Source: a virus
Length of the DNA stretch: 29,854 bases
Virus record (IMG/VR): IMGVR_UViG_3300001278_000003
Coordinates: 1-29,854 of that record
Direction: 5' to 3' (one strand)
The translations under genes and the position numbers were made by a program. Positions within the stretch are counted from its first letter, which is position 1; the number at the start of each line of letters is the position of its first letter. This document shows, piece after piece, positions 14,311 through 22,518 of this stretch. The notes under the pieces were generated by a model. The model worked only from the letters and a program-made list of their open reading frames with translations. It was not told the origin of the DNA and ran no database searches.

Positions 14311-14526
14311 ATGTCTTATAGAAAGCCAGCAACCGAAGAACAAATAGAAGCCACCACTAAGGTTTACGAATTAAGAATGGATATTAAAGGGAATGACAAC
14401 CACCTAGCTAAAAAGCTACACATATCTAAGAACACCCTTTACACTAGATTAAAAATTCAAAACTGGACCGCCTTAGAAATGGCTTTTATAAAAACCCTAA
14501 AACTAAAAGCAAATGAAAAAGCCTAG
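14311..14526 (+). CDS. Small helix-turn-helix DNA-binding protein.
   Basis: MSYRKPATEEQ... with the HTH LAKKLHISKNTLYTRLK. I prefer ATG 14311 to the track's TTG at 14287, because the TTG lies inside the palindrome-like site 14287..14304. Confidence 0.6.
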   Translation: MSYRKPATEEQIEATTKVYELRMDIKGNDNHLAKKLHISKNTLYTRLKIQNWTALEMAFIKTLKLKANEKA

Positions 14527-14833
14527 CAAACCACAAAGCCAAATAGAAGAAGTTTTATACTATCTAATTACTAGAATATGTATAGACCGTAGGCAAATGA
14601 TGCAAGCCTGTAGCGTTCTTAATTTACCCGCGCAAATTAGCTTCCTTAGAAATAAATATAACGTTTCTATAAAAAGTGAAAAAGTTAGCGTTTTAAATAA
14701 GTTCGGTAGAGTTGTGGAATACACGGAATATAAATTAATCGATAAGCTAATAGCTTCCGAACAGTACAAAACTTTACAAACTAATAATATTCACTATGCA
14801 AACCTTAGCGAAAACTTACGTAGTAAAAAGTAA
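14513..14833 (+). CDS. Winged-helix/HTH_39-like DNA-binding protein.
   Basis: QACSVLNLPAQISFLRNKYNVSIKSEKVSVLNKFGRVVEYTEYKL matches the pattern L-x-x-RIS-x-LR-x-x-G-x-x-I ... n-x-x-G ... Y-x-L. Confidence 0.55.
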   Translation: MKKPSKPQSQIEEVLYYLITRICIDRRQMMQACSVLNLPAQISFLRNKYNVSIKSEKVSVLNKFGRVVEYTEYKLIDKLIASEQYKTLQTNNIHYANLSENLRSKK

Positions 14834-15254
14834 AAAAACAAAAGACGTTTATATATTCAAATACGACTTAGACGGCTTCTTACTTAACTGGGAAATTTCA
14901 AACGGAAGACTAGACGAAAACAAAGTAAAGTACCTTCTTTTAGGAAATAGATTCCCTCACGACGAAAACAAAATGCTTCTTTTTAAAAAGCACTTAAAAG
15001 ATAAATTCGAAGTAGAATTTAAAGAAGTAGAAATAACTTTTAATTTATTCTATGAAATATTTAACCATAAGACTACTAAGAAGCAGTCGCAAACCTACTG
15101 GCTTAAAAATATGAATGAAGCCAAAAGGATATTAGCCGTAAAAACAATTCCTAAGTATTTACGTTACCTACAGTATAATACGTGGTGCAAACAAATGGAC
15201 CCTTTACGCTGGCTTAGAAACGAAAGGTATTTAGACGAATGGAAAGTAAGTTAG
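14796..15254 (+). CDS. Hypothetical early protein.
   Basis: 152-aa ORF. The C-terminal half (FNLFYEIFNHKTTKKQSQTYWLK ... PLRWLRNERYLDEW) resembles a motif recurrent in phage replication-region proteins, but I cannot name the family. Confidence 0.55.
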   Translation: MQTLAKTYVVKSKKTKDVYIFKYDLDGFLLNWEISNGRLDENKVKYLLLGNRFPHDENKMLLFKKHLKDKFEVEFKEVEITFNLFYEIFNHKTTKKQSQTYWLKNMNEAKRILAVKTIPKYLRYLQYNTWCKQMDPLRWLRNERYLDEWKVS

Positions 15255-15255
15255 T

Positions 15256-15597
15256 ATGTTTTATCTAAACGAAAAAAATAAAAAAGCGGTATTAGACTGC
15301 TATATAAAATTTACAGAACTAGGCTTTTTACCAGCTTCCTATCATATATTTTATAATACGCTTTGTTACTATGGCGCTATAAAAAATACTAAATCGGAAG
15401 TTAAATTAGCCTACGCCTACGCACAGGAAAAACTTATAGCAAAAGCAAAAGGAACAGCTAAACCTTATATTTACAACGGCAAAAGTAATCTAATGGTTAT
15501 CTTTAACGCCAAAACTTTATTACTTGAAGACTATTTTAAAAAGATAGATTCAGAAAACAAAAACTTAGAAACCATTTTAAATGATTTAAAAAAATGA
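15256..15597 (+). CDS. Hypothetical early protein.
   Basis: 113-aa ORF, operon-packed. Confidence 0.55.
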   Translation: MFYLNEKNKKAVLDCYIKFTELGFLPASYHIFYNTLCYYGAIKNTKSEVKLAYAYAQEKLIAKAKGTAKPYIYNGKSNLMVIFNAKTLLLEDYFKKIDSENKNLETILNDLKK

Positions 15598-15803
15598 AAC
15601 AATTTTTTATTACACTGTATTTTATATCCTTAGTTTCCATATTCGCTAATGCTGTAGGGCTTATGGAATTTCACTTATTTTATTCCGCCTGTATTGTATT
15701 AATTCCAATCACAATAATATACTTGTATATGCTTATTAGCATAACTCTTTTAGGGCTTTGGCAATTAATCAAAAAAACAGCTTCTAAGCTTGCTTCCCGA
15801 TAA
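15594..15803 (+). CDS. Small two-TM membrane protein.
   Basis: 69 aa with two hydrophobic spans (FFITLYFISLVSIFANAVGL; ACIVLIPITIIYLYMLISITLLGLW) and a basic tail. Confidence 0.55.
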   Translation: MKQFFITLYFISLVSIFANAVGLMEFHLFYSACIVLIPITIIYLYMLISITLLGLWQLIKKTASKLASR

Positions 15804-15996
15804 GAAGTATATTTTAGACCTAACAACTAAGAAACCTCCTAATTTGTATTCCTATTCGTTTATGGATAGCATTTTTTTAGTTGGTCCCGAACCCTACACG
15901 AATAAATCTTTTAAAGAATTCGTTTCTAAAAATAATTTTAGACTTATTAAACTGCATTATAAATGCATAACTATTGAATTTAATACAAAACTATGA
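15790..15996 (+). CDS. Hypothetical protein with an uncertain start.
   Basis: The track ORF begins at TTG 15790. The first in-frame ATG (MDSIFL...) would give only about 44 aa. Confidence 0.35.
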   Translation: MLPDKKYILDLTTKKPPNLYSYSFMDSIFLVGPEPYTNKSFKEFVSKNNFRLIKLHYKCITIEFNTKL

Positions 15997-16721
15997 ACGA
16001 TTTAATTATTAAAAAGTTTGTTATAGGAAACACCTTTAACGTAACTACAGCAAAAGAAATAGACAAAGGCGGAATTTTTGACTTTGTAGAAAATACTGGT
16101 AAGTACAATACACTACCACACGAAGACCTTATAGAAAAAGCTAATTCAATATTAAGCTTCTACCTTGCTTTAAATTCCGATACCAAAAGAATAGGCATTA
16201 AAAAACAGCACTTGCACAAATACGAAAATTCCATATTAGCAAAAAGGATTCTTAAAACTTGGTCCGAAGACTTTGTAGACGAAGACACAGGCGAAACCGT
16301 AAGCATTGAACGCAACGAAATAATTTTAGACGCTGGCGAAGTAATTAAAAAAGAAGACATATTAGAAATTATGGAAACCAGTACCCAAGAAAAATTCTTT
16401 ATACTGGATAGTTTCGAAAGCTTTGTAAACTTCGATAGTTCTATGTACGACTTTAAATCTATTTCAATTAACTACGAAAAGGATTATAGCGACATTAAAA
16501 ATATTTCTGTATGCTACACCAGCAAAAACAAAATGCATTTACTTACGGAAGGAAAACCCGAATTTAAAACCCCTAAAATTTTCCTTAACTCTAATTATGC
16601 TTCCGTATTTCACAACCAAGTACAGCAAAATTTTAAGGACCTAATAAACTCTTTTAACTCGGAAGTGTTCGAATACCTAAAAGGAAAAAACTCACTACCC
16701 GAACAAACTAAACTTTTTTAA
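15993..16721 (+). CDS. Hypothetical early protein (242 aa, acidic).
   Basis: Long ORF with overlapping start and stop coupling. No motif recognised. Confidence 0.65.
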   Translation: MNDLIIKKFVIGNTFNVTTAKEIDKGGIFDFVENTGKYNTLPHEDLIEKANSILSFYLALNSDTKRIGIKKQHLHKYENSILAKRILKTWSEDFVDEDTGETVSIERNEIILDAGEVIKKEDILEIMETSTQEKFFILDSFESFVNFDSSMYDFKSISINYEKDYSDIKNISVCYTSKNKMHLLTEGKPEFKTPKIFLNSNYASVFHNQVQQNFKDLINSFNSEVFEYLKGKNSLPEQTKLF

Positions 16722-16722
16722 T

Positions 16723-17040
16723 ATGGAAAAATTAATGTTTATCTACAAAATTATTCGAAACCTTAAGAAAAAGATTAAAAAAATTAAATTCGAAAATAAA
16801 GTACTAGAGCAATCAAATACAGATTGTGCTTTAACTATAGCTAACTTACATCTAATTATAGCTAAGAAAAACTTAAAAATTTCCGAAAGCATCAATAAAG
16901 ACCTTTACGAAAATAGGACGAGCGAAATATTAAACCACCTAATACAAAAAGTTGACGCTGGAAACCCTCTTACAGAATTCGAAGAAGAATTATTAGACTG
17001 GGTTTTTTGGATTGATAACGGGATAAATAAACCATTTTAA
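16723..17040 (+). CDS. Hypothetical early protein.
   Basis: 105-aa ORF with a basic N-terminus (KKKIKKIK) and an acidic/aromatic C-terminus. Confidence 0.55.
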   Translation: MEKLMFIYKIIRNLKKKIKKIKFENKVLEQSNTDCALTIANLHLIIAKKNLKISESINKDLYENRTSEILNHLIQKVDAGNPLTEFEEELLDWVFWIDNGINKPF

Positions 17041-17050
17041 ATAAATAATT

Positions 17051-17329
17051 ATGTCAAGAAAGAAAAACAAAAAGAAAAACAAAAACGGAGTAGAAGCTTC
17101 TGTTTCCCTACAAATGGGTGTAGGTATAGGATTAAACCACATAATACATACATTATGTGAATCAACAGAAAAATACCTAAATACACATTCTTTAAAAAAA
17201 TGCGTAGCTACTGATACCTTTGGAACTGTAGAAATAAACGGCTTAACCTATGAAGTTCAAATAAAACTAGAACCTAGAAAAAATAAAATATTAGGACCGC
17301 TGGAAGAATTCGAATTCAAAACACTTTAA
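17051..17329 (+). CDS. Hypothetical early protein; last gene of the plus arm.
   Basis: 92-aa ORF with a lysine-rich N-terminus (SRKKNKKKNKN). The bidirectional terminator follows it. Confidence 0.55.
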   Translation: MSRKKNKKKNKNGVEASVSLQMGVGIGLNHIIHTLCESTEKYLNTHSLKKCVATDTFGTVEINGLTYEVQIKLEPRKNKILGPLEEFEFKTL

Positions 17330-17333
17330 TAAT

Positions 17334-17367
17334 AAAAAAAGCCCTGTAAATTAATACGGGGCTTTTT
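17334..17367. terminator. Bidirectional intrinsic terminator at the convergence of the two arms.
   Basis: A-run, then stem AGCCCTGTA (17340-17348), loop AATTAA, stem TACGGGGCT (17355-17363; 9 bp with one G-T wobble), then TTTTT. It can terminate transcription on either strand. Confidence 0.75.
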
Positions 17368-17397
17368 CTTCATCAAAACTAAAAAAAACTAAACAAA

Positions 17398-17805
17398 CTA
17401 AATCCTAATCCCTAAATTTAATCGCTTTACTATTGTGTCTTTTTGTACCTTATTAACCTTCTGTTTATGTATTCGCCTATTAGGTAAGGTTATAATAGCT
17501 TCTCTCCCCCTATCTTTTACGACTACCATATAAACATTATTAATTAAATGCACCCCAGTAGTAGCCCTTTTATTCAAAATAACCACCTCTAATGAGTTTA
17601 AATCTACAGTAGACAGTAATTCGAATCTATCTTGTTTTAAATCCAATACACCCACCTCTAAAGAAGTTTCTGTAATGCTAAACGAAATAACGTCTTTACA
17701 ATTTTCTACTTTGTCTTCCACGCTGACGGGTTTCACATTGGAAGCCGATAACTGAAAAAAGCCAATTACACCAAAAATAAGCGCAATCTTAAATAATCTT
17801 TTCAT
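17398..17805 (-). CDS. Secreted protein with a signal peptide; last gene of the late arm (moron-like).
   Basis: 135 aa. MKRLFKIALIFGVIGFFQLSAS-NV looks like a Sec signal with an A-x-S cleavage context. A 54-nt gap separates it from the tape measure stop. Confidence 0.65.
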   Translation of the reverse strand: MKRLFKIALIFGVIGFFQLSASNVKPVSVEDKVENCKDVISFSITETSLEVGVLDLKQDRFELLSTVDLNSLEVVILNKRATTGVHLINNVYMVVVKDRGREAIITLPNRRIHKQKVNKVQKDTIVKRLNLGIRI

Positions 17806-17859
17806 AATACTTGTTTTAAATTAATTAATTTTCTATTAGACCCACAATATACAAACTTT

Positions 17860-19857
17860 TTACAAATCTGCTAAAGTTTCTACTGTGCTTAGATTTTGTT
17901 CTACCCCTCTAAACTCCTGTAAATCTAAAACGTTAGGCGGTAAACTTCTATTAGCCTCCGATATTGTACGCCCTAAAGCTTCCATATTCAAAACAGAATC
18001 GGGCAAACTATTCCCAGTCCCTAAAATACCACCGCCACGCATTAAACTTTTACCGCCTCCCGCGATATTTATAGCCGAAAGCAAAGGTCTATACTTTCTA
18101 GTACTTACTGTATTTATAACAGCTTCCCCGCCTTCTGCCTCCACTCCATCTTGACCGTTTACCCTAATAGGTATTCCGCCGTTTTCGTGCGAAGGTCCTT
18201 CTAATACACCTCCAAAACCTAAACGCTTTAAAACTCCACCCCTTCTAAGTTTTATACCTCTAATCTTAGCAACATTACGCAAACCTACAGCGGTGGCAGA
18301 AGCACCCGCTAAAATCGCACGCGGTACACTTGTAGGGTCCCCTACTATTAACTGCGAAGTATAAGCTTTTTGCGCCCCCAAGAAAGTATCGGCTAAAGCT
18401 GTAGCTGTAGCAAATGCTTTTCCAGTTTCGGAACTTTCACCAACTATAGCCGTAAAGTCCGAAGCTATACCGCTAAAACTAGCTACGCGTTCGGTCCTAG
18501 CATTATCATCTAATCTCTTTTGTAGTAATGCAAACTTTTTATTAATCTTATCTATGTCCGCCCCTGTAGCTTCTGCACTTGCTAATTCCGCTTCTTTTAA
18601 TCTATCTAACCTAAGCTGTTCTATTAAAAACTGGCTTTCGTTCCTTTCTTCTAAAATTGCTAACTGGTTTTCAAAGTCTATAGCATCCTGTTCCGCTACT
18701 GCTTCTTTTCGCTCTAATTCTAATTCCTTCTTAGCTTCTTCGTTTTCTGCGTTTATTTCATTAATAGCTTCGTTAAATGCCTGTTGATTTATTACACCTT
18801 CTTCCAATCTAACCGCTTCAAAATTCCTTCGGGCTTCTGCAATATTATCTAATCTTAACCTTTCTTCTTCTACGATTCCTTCGGTAAGGAATTTATTAGA
18901 ATCTACCTTGCTTTTATTATTATCATTAAAAGCCTTTAATTCATTATTCGCGTTTTCTACTGCTATTTCCGCCAGCCTTAAACCTAAAGCGTTTTGCGAT
19001 TCCAATAACTTAGCGTCGAATTCTGTTTGCGTAATCTGCTTAGCTTTTAATTCTGCTTCAAATATAGCCTTTCGCTTATCCGCCTCCCTCTTTTCTAGCT
19101 CCGTCTGTTCCTCTAAACTTTTAGCCTTAAAACCTTGTTGCTGTATAAATAAATCTAGTTCGGCGTTCATTAACTCTATAGCTTTCTGTGAAGCCTCCCT
19201 TTGTAATGAAACCCTATTAGTAAGCTGTTCGCTTTCCTGTCCTGTTATTCTTTCCTGTATATCCGCTATTTCCGTTAATGCGTCTGCCTGTGCATCTAAA
19301 GCCCCCGAAGTCTCACCTTCTGCCTGTATTCTTAAATTGGCTACATTAAGCGCTTGCTGTGCTATTTTTAATTCTTCGCCTAGCTGTTCCTTTAATACAG
19401 CCCCTAAATCTTCATTAGCTTTAATTCTTTGCGCTATAGTCTTTGTTTCGTCGTCCCTTAACTGCCTAAGCTTTTCCGCGTCTTTTTGAAAATCTAATTG
19501 CGTTAGCCTTGCGGTCCTTTGTGCCTTTGCTAATTCTAGTTCCGCCTGTGCTAATTGCTTCCCAAGCTTCGCGCCTTCTGCTATTTCCTTATTAAACTTT
19601 TCTACCGCTTCACTAGCATCGTCGAACCCTAAAAACTTAAGTGCTTTAGAAATACCGCCTATAGTCGTTTCTATAGATTTTTCTACCAACTCTAAGCCCG
19701 CTACTATTCCGTCTATTAAGAATTCCCCTAAAGGCTGTAGCAACTTAAGAAGCCTATTTACAATTCCACCAAAAGCGCCGAAAGCTGTTTTTATCTTAGC
19801 CGTAGCCTGTTCGCTTCTATTCATAGCATTAATCACCAGCCCGAAAACTACAACCAC
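17860..19857 (-). CDS. Tape measure protein, main (downstream) frame.
   Basis: 665-aa track ORF starting at GTG inside a hydrophobic segment, but the frame is actually open up to 20031. It has a long Ala/Glu/Lys/Leu coiled coil and a Gly-rich C-terminal module. See the frameshift finding. Confidence 0.8.
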   Translation of the reverse strand: MVVVFGLVINAMNRSEQATAKIKTAFGAFGGIVNRLLKLLQPLGEFLIDGIVAGLELVEKSIETTIGGISKALKFLGFDDASEAVEKFNKEIAEGAKLGKQLAQAELELAKAQRTARLTQLDFQKDAEKLRQLRDDETKTIAQRIKANEDLGAVLKEQLGEELKIAQQALNVANLRIQAEGETSGALDAQADALTEIADIQERITGQESEQLTNRVSLQREASQKAIELMNAELDLFIQQQGFKAKSLEEQTELEKREADKRKAIFEAELKAKQITQTEFDAKLLESQNALGLRLAEIAVENANNELKAFNDNNKSKVDSNKFLTEGIVEEERLRLDNIAEARRNFEAVRLEEGVINQQAFNEAINEINAENEEAKKELELERKEAVAEQDAIDFENQLAILEERNESQFLIEQLRLDRLKEAELASAEATGADIDKINKKFALLQKRLDDNARTERVASFSGIASDFTAIVGESSETGKAFATATALADTFLGAQKAYTSQLIVGDPTSVPRAILAGASATAVGLRNVAKIRGIKLRRGGVLKRLGFGGVLEGPSHENGGIPIRVNGQDGVEAEGGEAVINTVSTRKYRPLLSAINIAGGGKSLMRGGGILGTGNSLPDSVLNMEALGRTISEANRSLPPNVLDLQEFRGVEQNLSTVETLADL

Positions 19858-19955
19858 AGCCCCAAGTATAGCCCCGATAGGAGTAGCTAGAAACCCTAAA
19901 GCCGATTTAGTTAAACCAACAAAACCACTAGAAGCACCCTTTAGCGAACTGGTTA

Positions 19956-20504
19956 CTAAATTAGTAGCCCCGCCCGCTTCCTGTGAACGCTGTAGAAACC
20001 CAGTAAGCCCGCAAAAGCCGTTTCTATCCCGTTAGCATATTCCCCTATCCCATCCTTAGCACCATTGAACGCGCTAGACTGGTCCCGTATAGCTTCGGTC
20101 TGTTCGTCTATTACTCCGTTAATCTTATCCCTTAAAGCTAAATCCCCCTCTAAGCTCCCCGTTAGTTCGCCTGTAGACCTAGCTAACTGCTTACTAATTT
20201 GGTTTAAATTCCTTCTACTTTCCCTTAGCTCTTGTGTGCTTTTCCCTTGCACTTGCATAGTTTTATCTAGGTCCGCGTTTGCTTCGTTTAGCGATACGGC
20301 TAACTGCTGGTTATCCCTATAAGCTTTTCCCAAAGTCTTTAAAGACTGTTCGTTTTCTATAAACTGGACGCTAGAAGTTTTACCTTCTTTTCGTAGTTCC
20401 GCCTGTGAAGCTTTTAACGCGTCTATGTCCCGCTTTAATTTTACGGACTGCTTAGTAATTTGGTCCGTATTTATTTCTAATATCGCTATATTAAATTTTT
20501 CCAT
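19956..20504 (-). CDS. Tape measure protein, N-terminal (upstream) frame.
   Basis: 182-aa coiled-coil ORF (KLKRDIDALKASQAELRKEGK ...). It ends 12 codons after a G_GGT_TTC heptamer, and the -1 frame continues into the main tape measure ORF. Confidence 0.75.
   Translation of the reverse strand: MEKFNIAILEINTDQITKQSVKLKRDIDALKASQAELRKEGKTSSVQFIENEQSLKTLGKAYRDNQQLAVSLNEANADLDKTMQVQGKSTQELRESRRNLNQISKQLARSTGELTGSLEGDLALRDKINGVIDEQTEAIRDQSSAFNGAKDGIGEYANGIETAFAGLLGFYSVHRKRAGLLI
19995..20001 (-). promoter_or_regulatory. Candidate -1 programmed frameshift site (mRNA G_GGU_UUC).
   Basis: The plus strand reads gaaaccc. In the zero frame the codons are CTG GGT TTC. The -1 frame reads GGG TTT CTA and stays open for 46 codons into GTG 19857. 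Confidence 0.45.
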
Positions 20505-22514
20505 CTATTCTTCCCCGTTTTGTATATTATCATTAAAAGCCCTTAAGTCGGTTACTTCTACTATTTCGCAAATACTATTTTGTCCGCTGGTATAATTTAC
20601 AGTATTAAGAAGATACCTTCTCCCAAACTGCCTAAAGAACTTAAGCTTTGTAAAATCTAAGTTATAAATATCTATAACATTTAGTTTCAATTCTGCGGAA
20701 ATTTCCTTGTAGTTATTTAGCATTCCTTCTAAATTAGAAAAAGCCTTATTCTTAAAAAATTCCATTTCCATTTCGAAACGCGAAGCCACTACTATTTCCG
20801 TAGGAAGCTCTATAGTCCTAAACCCCATAAAAGTAACATCGCCGAAGTAGTCCCCTAATTCCTGTACCCTTTTTTTATAAACTATAAATTCGCCTTCTTC
20901 GGGTTCGTTGTCTTCATCAAACAAATTTAACCTATAAATACTTCTATTGTCCCCGCTTACAAAAGAACTAATTAAAGGTATATTAATAATACTAGTCAAT
21001 ACATTACCTTCAAACTTTAAGTTTTCATCTTCTATAATTATAGAACTATCCAAATTAGGCGCACCCTCCACCTTACCATAAGACAAACTATTAAACCTTG
21101 AATAATTACTTTTGTATTTTTCCGTCCTTACACCTACTAGCTTGTCGGTCCAGTCTTCCATATCCCTCGAACCTAAAACACTTTGTATAGCTACTACTTC
21201 ATACTTAGTGTTATCGAACTTATCGGGTATTAATTGCCATCCATACCTTTTTAGAACATCCCTTAAAAAATCTAACTGCCCTATATCTTTTAATAAGCTT
21301 TGCGGGCTTACTTGTTTATAATCGTTAAAGCTAGAAATCCTAACATTAATTCCGTATCTACCTTTTAGCTGGTATGTCCCCAAACCTTCATTAAGCTTGT
21401 AATTATAAGAAGCGCCTACCGTATAATTTACACCAGCTTCAAACCTATAAAGCCTAGCCCTTTTATTAGTCTTAATATTATTTCTATCATTCCTTCCCCT
21501 AACTTGTATTCCATTTTCAAATATTGAAAAATTCGCGCCGTCATTTACTAGACCCGCGCTAGTTTCGAATTCCTCAAAATTTGGGTCTACATAATAAAGC
21601 CCAGTAGAATTAACACTAAAAGAGTTTCCCGAAAATTGCAAACCAAAACCCGAAGCACCATCAAATTGTAAGTTTGCGTCTATACTTGTGATATTATCTA
21701 AACGACTTATATTTATATCATAATCGTTTCTACTGTATTGTATAGAAGAACCGCCAGTAACGTTTTTTACCGCTATTTCCTCGTCTGTTAAACCCAAAAA
21801 TATACCCTTTGAAGGCGCTACTATCTCACTATAAAAGCTTTCATCCCCGAAAAAGTTAGGTTCGTTAAAGTTTCCATTTTGGAAATTAATATCAAACATA
21901 TTACCCCTAAAACTTATTCCGTTTTCGTCTAGTATTTTCTGAAATATTGTATGTAAGAATATAGAAGGCGGGTTAAAATCTAAGTTTCTTCCGTTTTCAA
22001 AAACTAATACCCCGCTTTTCTTAGCCCTTAATGGCGTACCTAAAACCGTATAACTACCACCATACAAACCCATTCCATATATATACCCTTCTACTTTACT
22101 ATAAGAATCCAGCAAAGTACTTTCTATAGCCGTATGGTCCAATCTACTCAAATCTAAGTCTAAAATACTTTTATTGCCTATAATTTCAACTATAGAGGCT
22201 ACACCGTCTAAAATATTAATACTATAACCCCTAACACCAGCAGACCTAAAAACCAGCTTACCATTATTAACAAGTGGTATTCCTTCTTCCGTCAAATCCG
22301 CCCTAACATCTTCGTATTGTATTCTACTAACATTTCCCGAAGTAGTTAAACCCCTAAAAATTTTTCTATTTCTATCGGTATATGGAAGCACTACAGAATA
22401 ACTAAAAGAACTTTTAGAGTTTCCCAAGTCCCCTACCTCCCCTATTTGTATTTTTCTAGTTATACGCTTTAACGGAAGGTCTACACTTTGCCCGTTTATT
22501 TTTAAATCTACCAT
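20505..22514 (-). CDS. Large tail/baseplate protein.
   Basis: 669-aa ORF abutting the tape measure start (stop at 20505, tape measure ATG at 20504). No catalytic motif; the call rests on size and context. Confidence 0.6.
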   Translation of the reverse strand: MVDLKINGQSVDLPLKRITRKIQIGEVGDLGNSKSSFSYSVVLPYTDRNRKIFRGLTTSGNVSRIQYEDVRADLTEEGIPLVNNGKLVFRSAGVRGYSINILDGVASIVEIIGNKSILDLDLSRLDHTAIESTLLDSYSKVEGYIYGMGLYGGSYTVLGTPLRAKKSGVLVFENGRNLDFNPPSIFLHTIFQKILDENGISFRGNMFDINFQNGNFNEPNFFGDESFYSEIVAPSKGIFLGLTDEEIAVKNVTGGSSIQYSRNDYDINISRLDNITSIDANLQFDGASGFGLQFSGNSFSVNSTGLYYVDPNFEEFETSAGLVNDGANFSIFENGIQVRGRNDRNNIKTNKRARLYRFEAGVNYTVGASYNYKLNEGLGTYQLKGRYGINVRISSFNDYKQVSPQSLLKDIGQLDFLRDVLKRYGWQLIPDKFDNTKYEVVAIQSVLGSRDMEDWTDKLVGVRTEKYKSNYSRFNSLSYGKVEGAPNLDSSIIIEDENLKFEGNVLTSIINIPLISSFVSGDNRSIYRLNLFDEDNEPEEGEFIVYKKRVQELGDYFGDVTFMGFRTIELPTEIVVASRFEMEMEFFKNKAFSNLEGMLNNYKEISAELKLNVIDIYNLDFTKLKFFRQFGRRYLLNTVNYTSGQNSICEIVEVTDLRAFNDNIQNGEE

Positions 22515-22518
22515 ACTA

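Noticed and set aside
10119-16360. Minus-strand ORFs 10119..10340, 11262..11510, 11542..11733, 14560..14769 and 16160..16360.
   Set aside because: They are shadow ORFs inside the tightly coupled plus-strand early operon. The motif-bearing genes (NinG-like, RNase H-like) occupy the same DNA.
18908-19489. 193-aa plus-strand ORF, along with 17885..18154, 18554..18787 and 20065..20322.
   Set aside because: All lie antisense to the tape measure coiled coil. Their Ser/Ala/Cys/Leu-rich low-complexity translations are the mirror of GAA/GCT/AAG-rich codons, and they have no independent start context.
21112-21321. 69-aa plus-strand ORF.
   Set aside because: It lies antisense inside the 669-aa tail protein gene.
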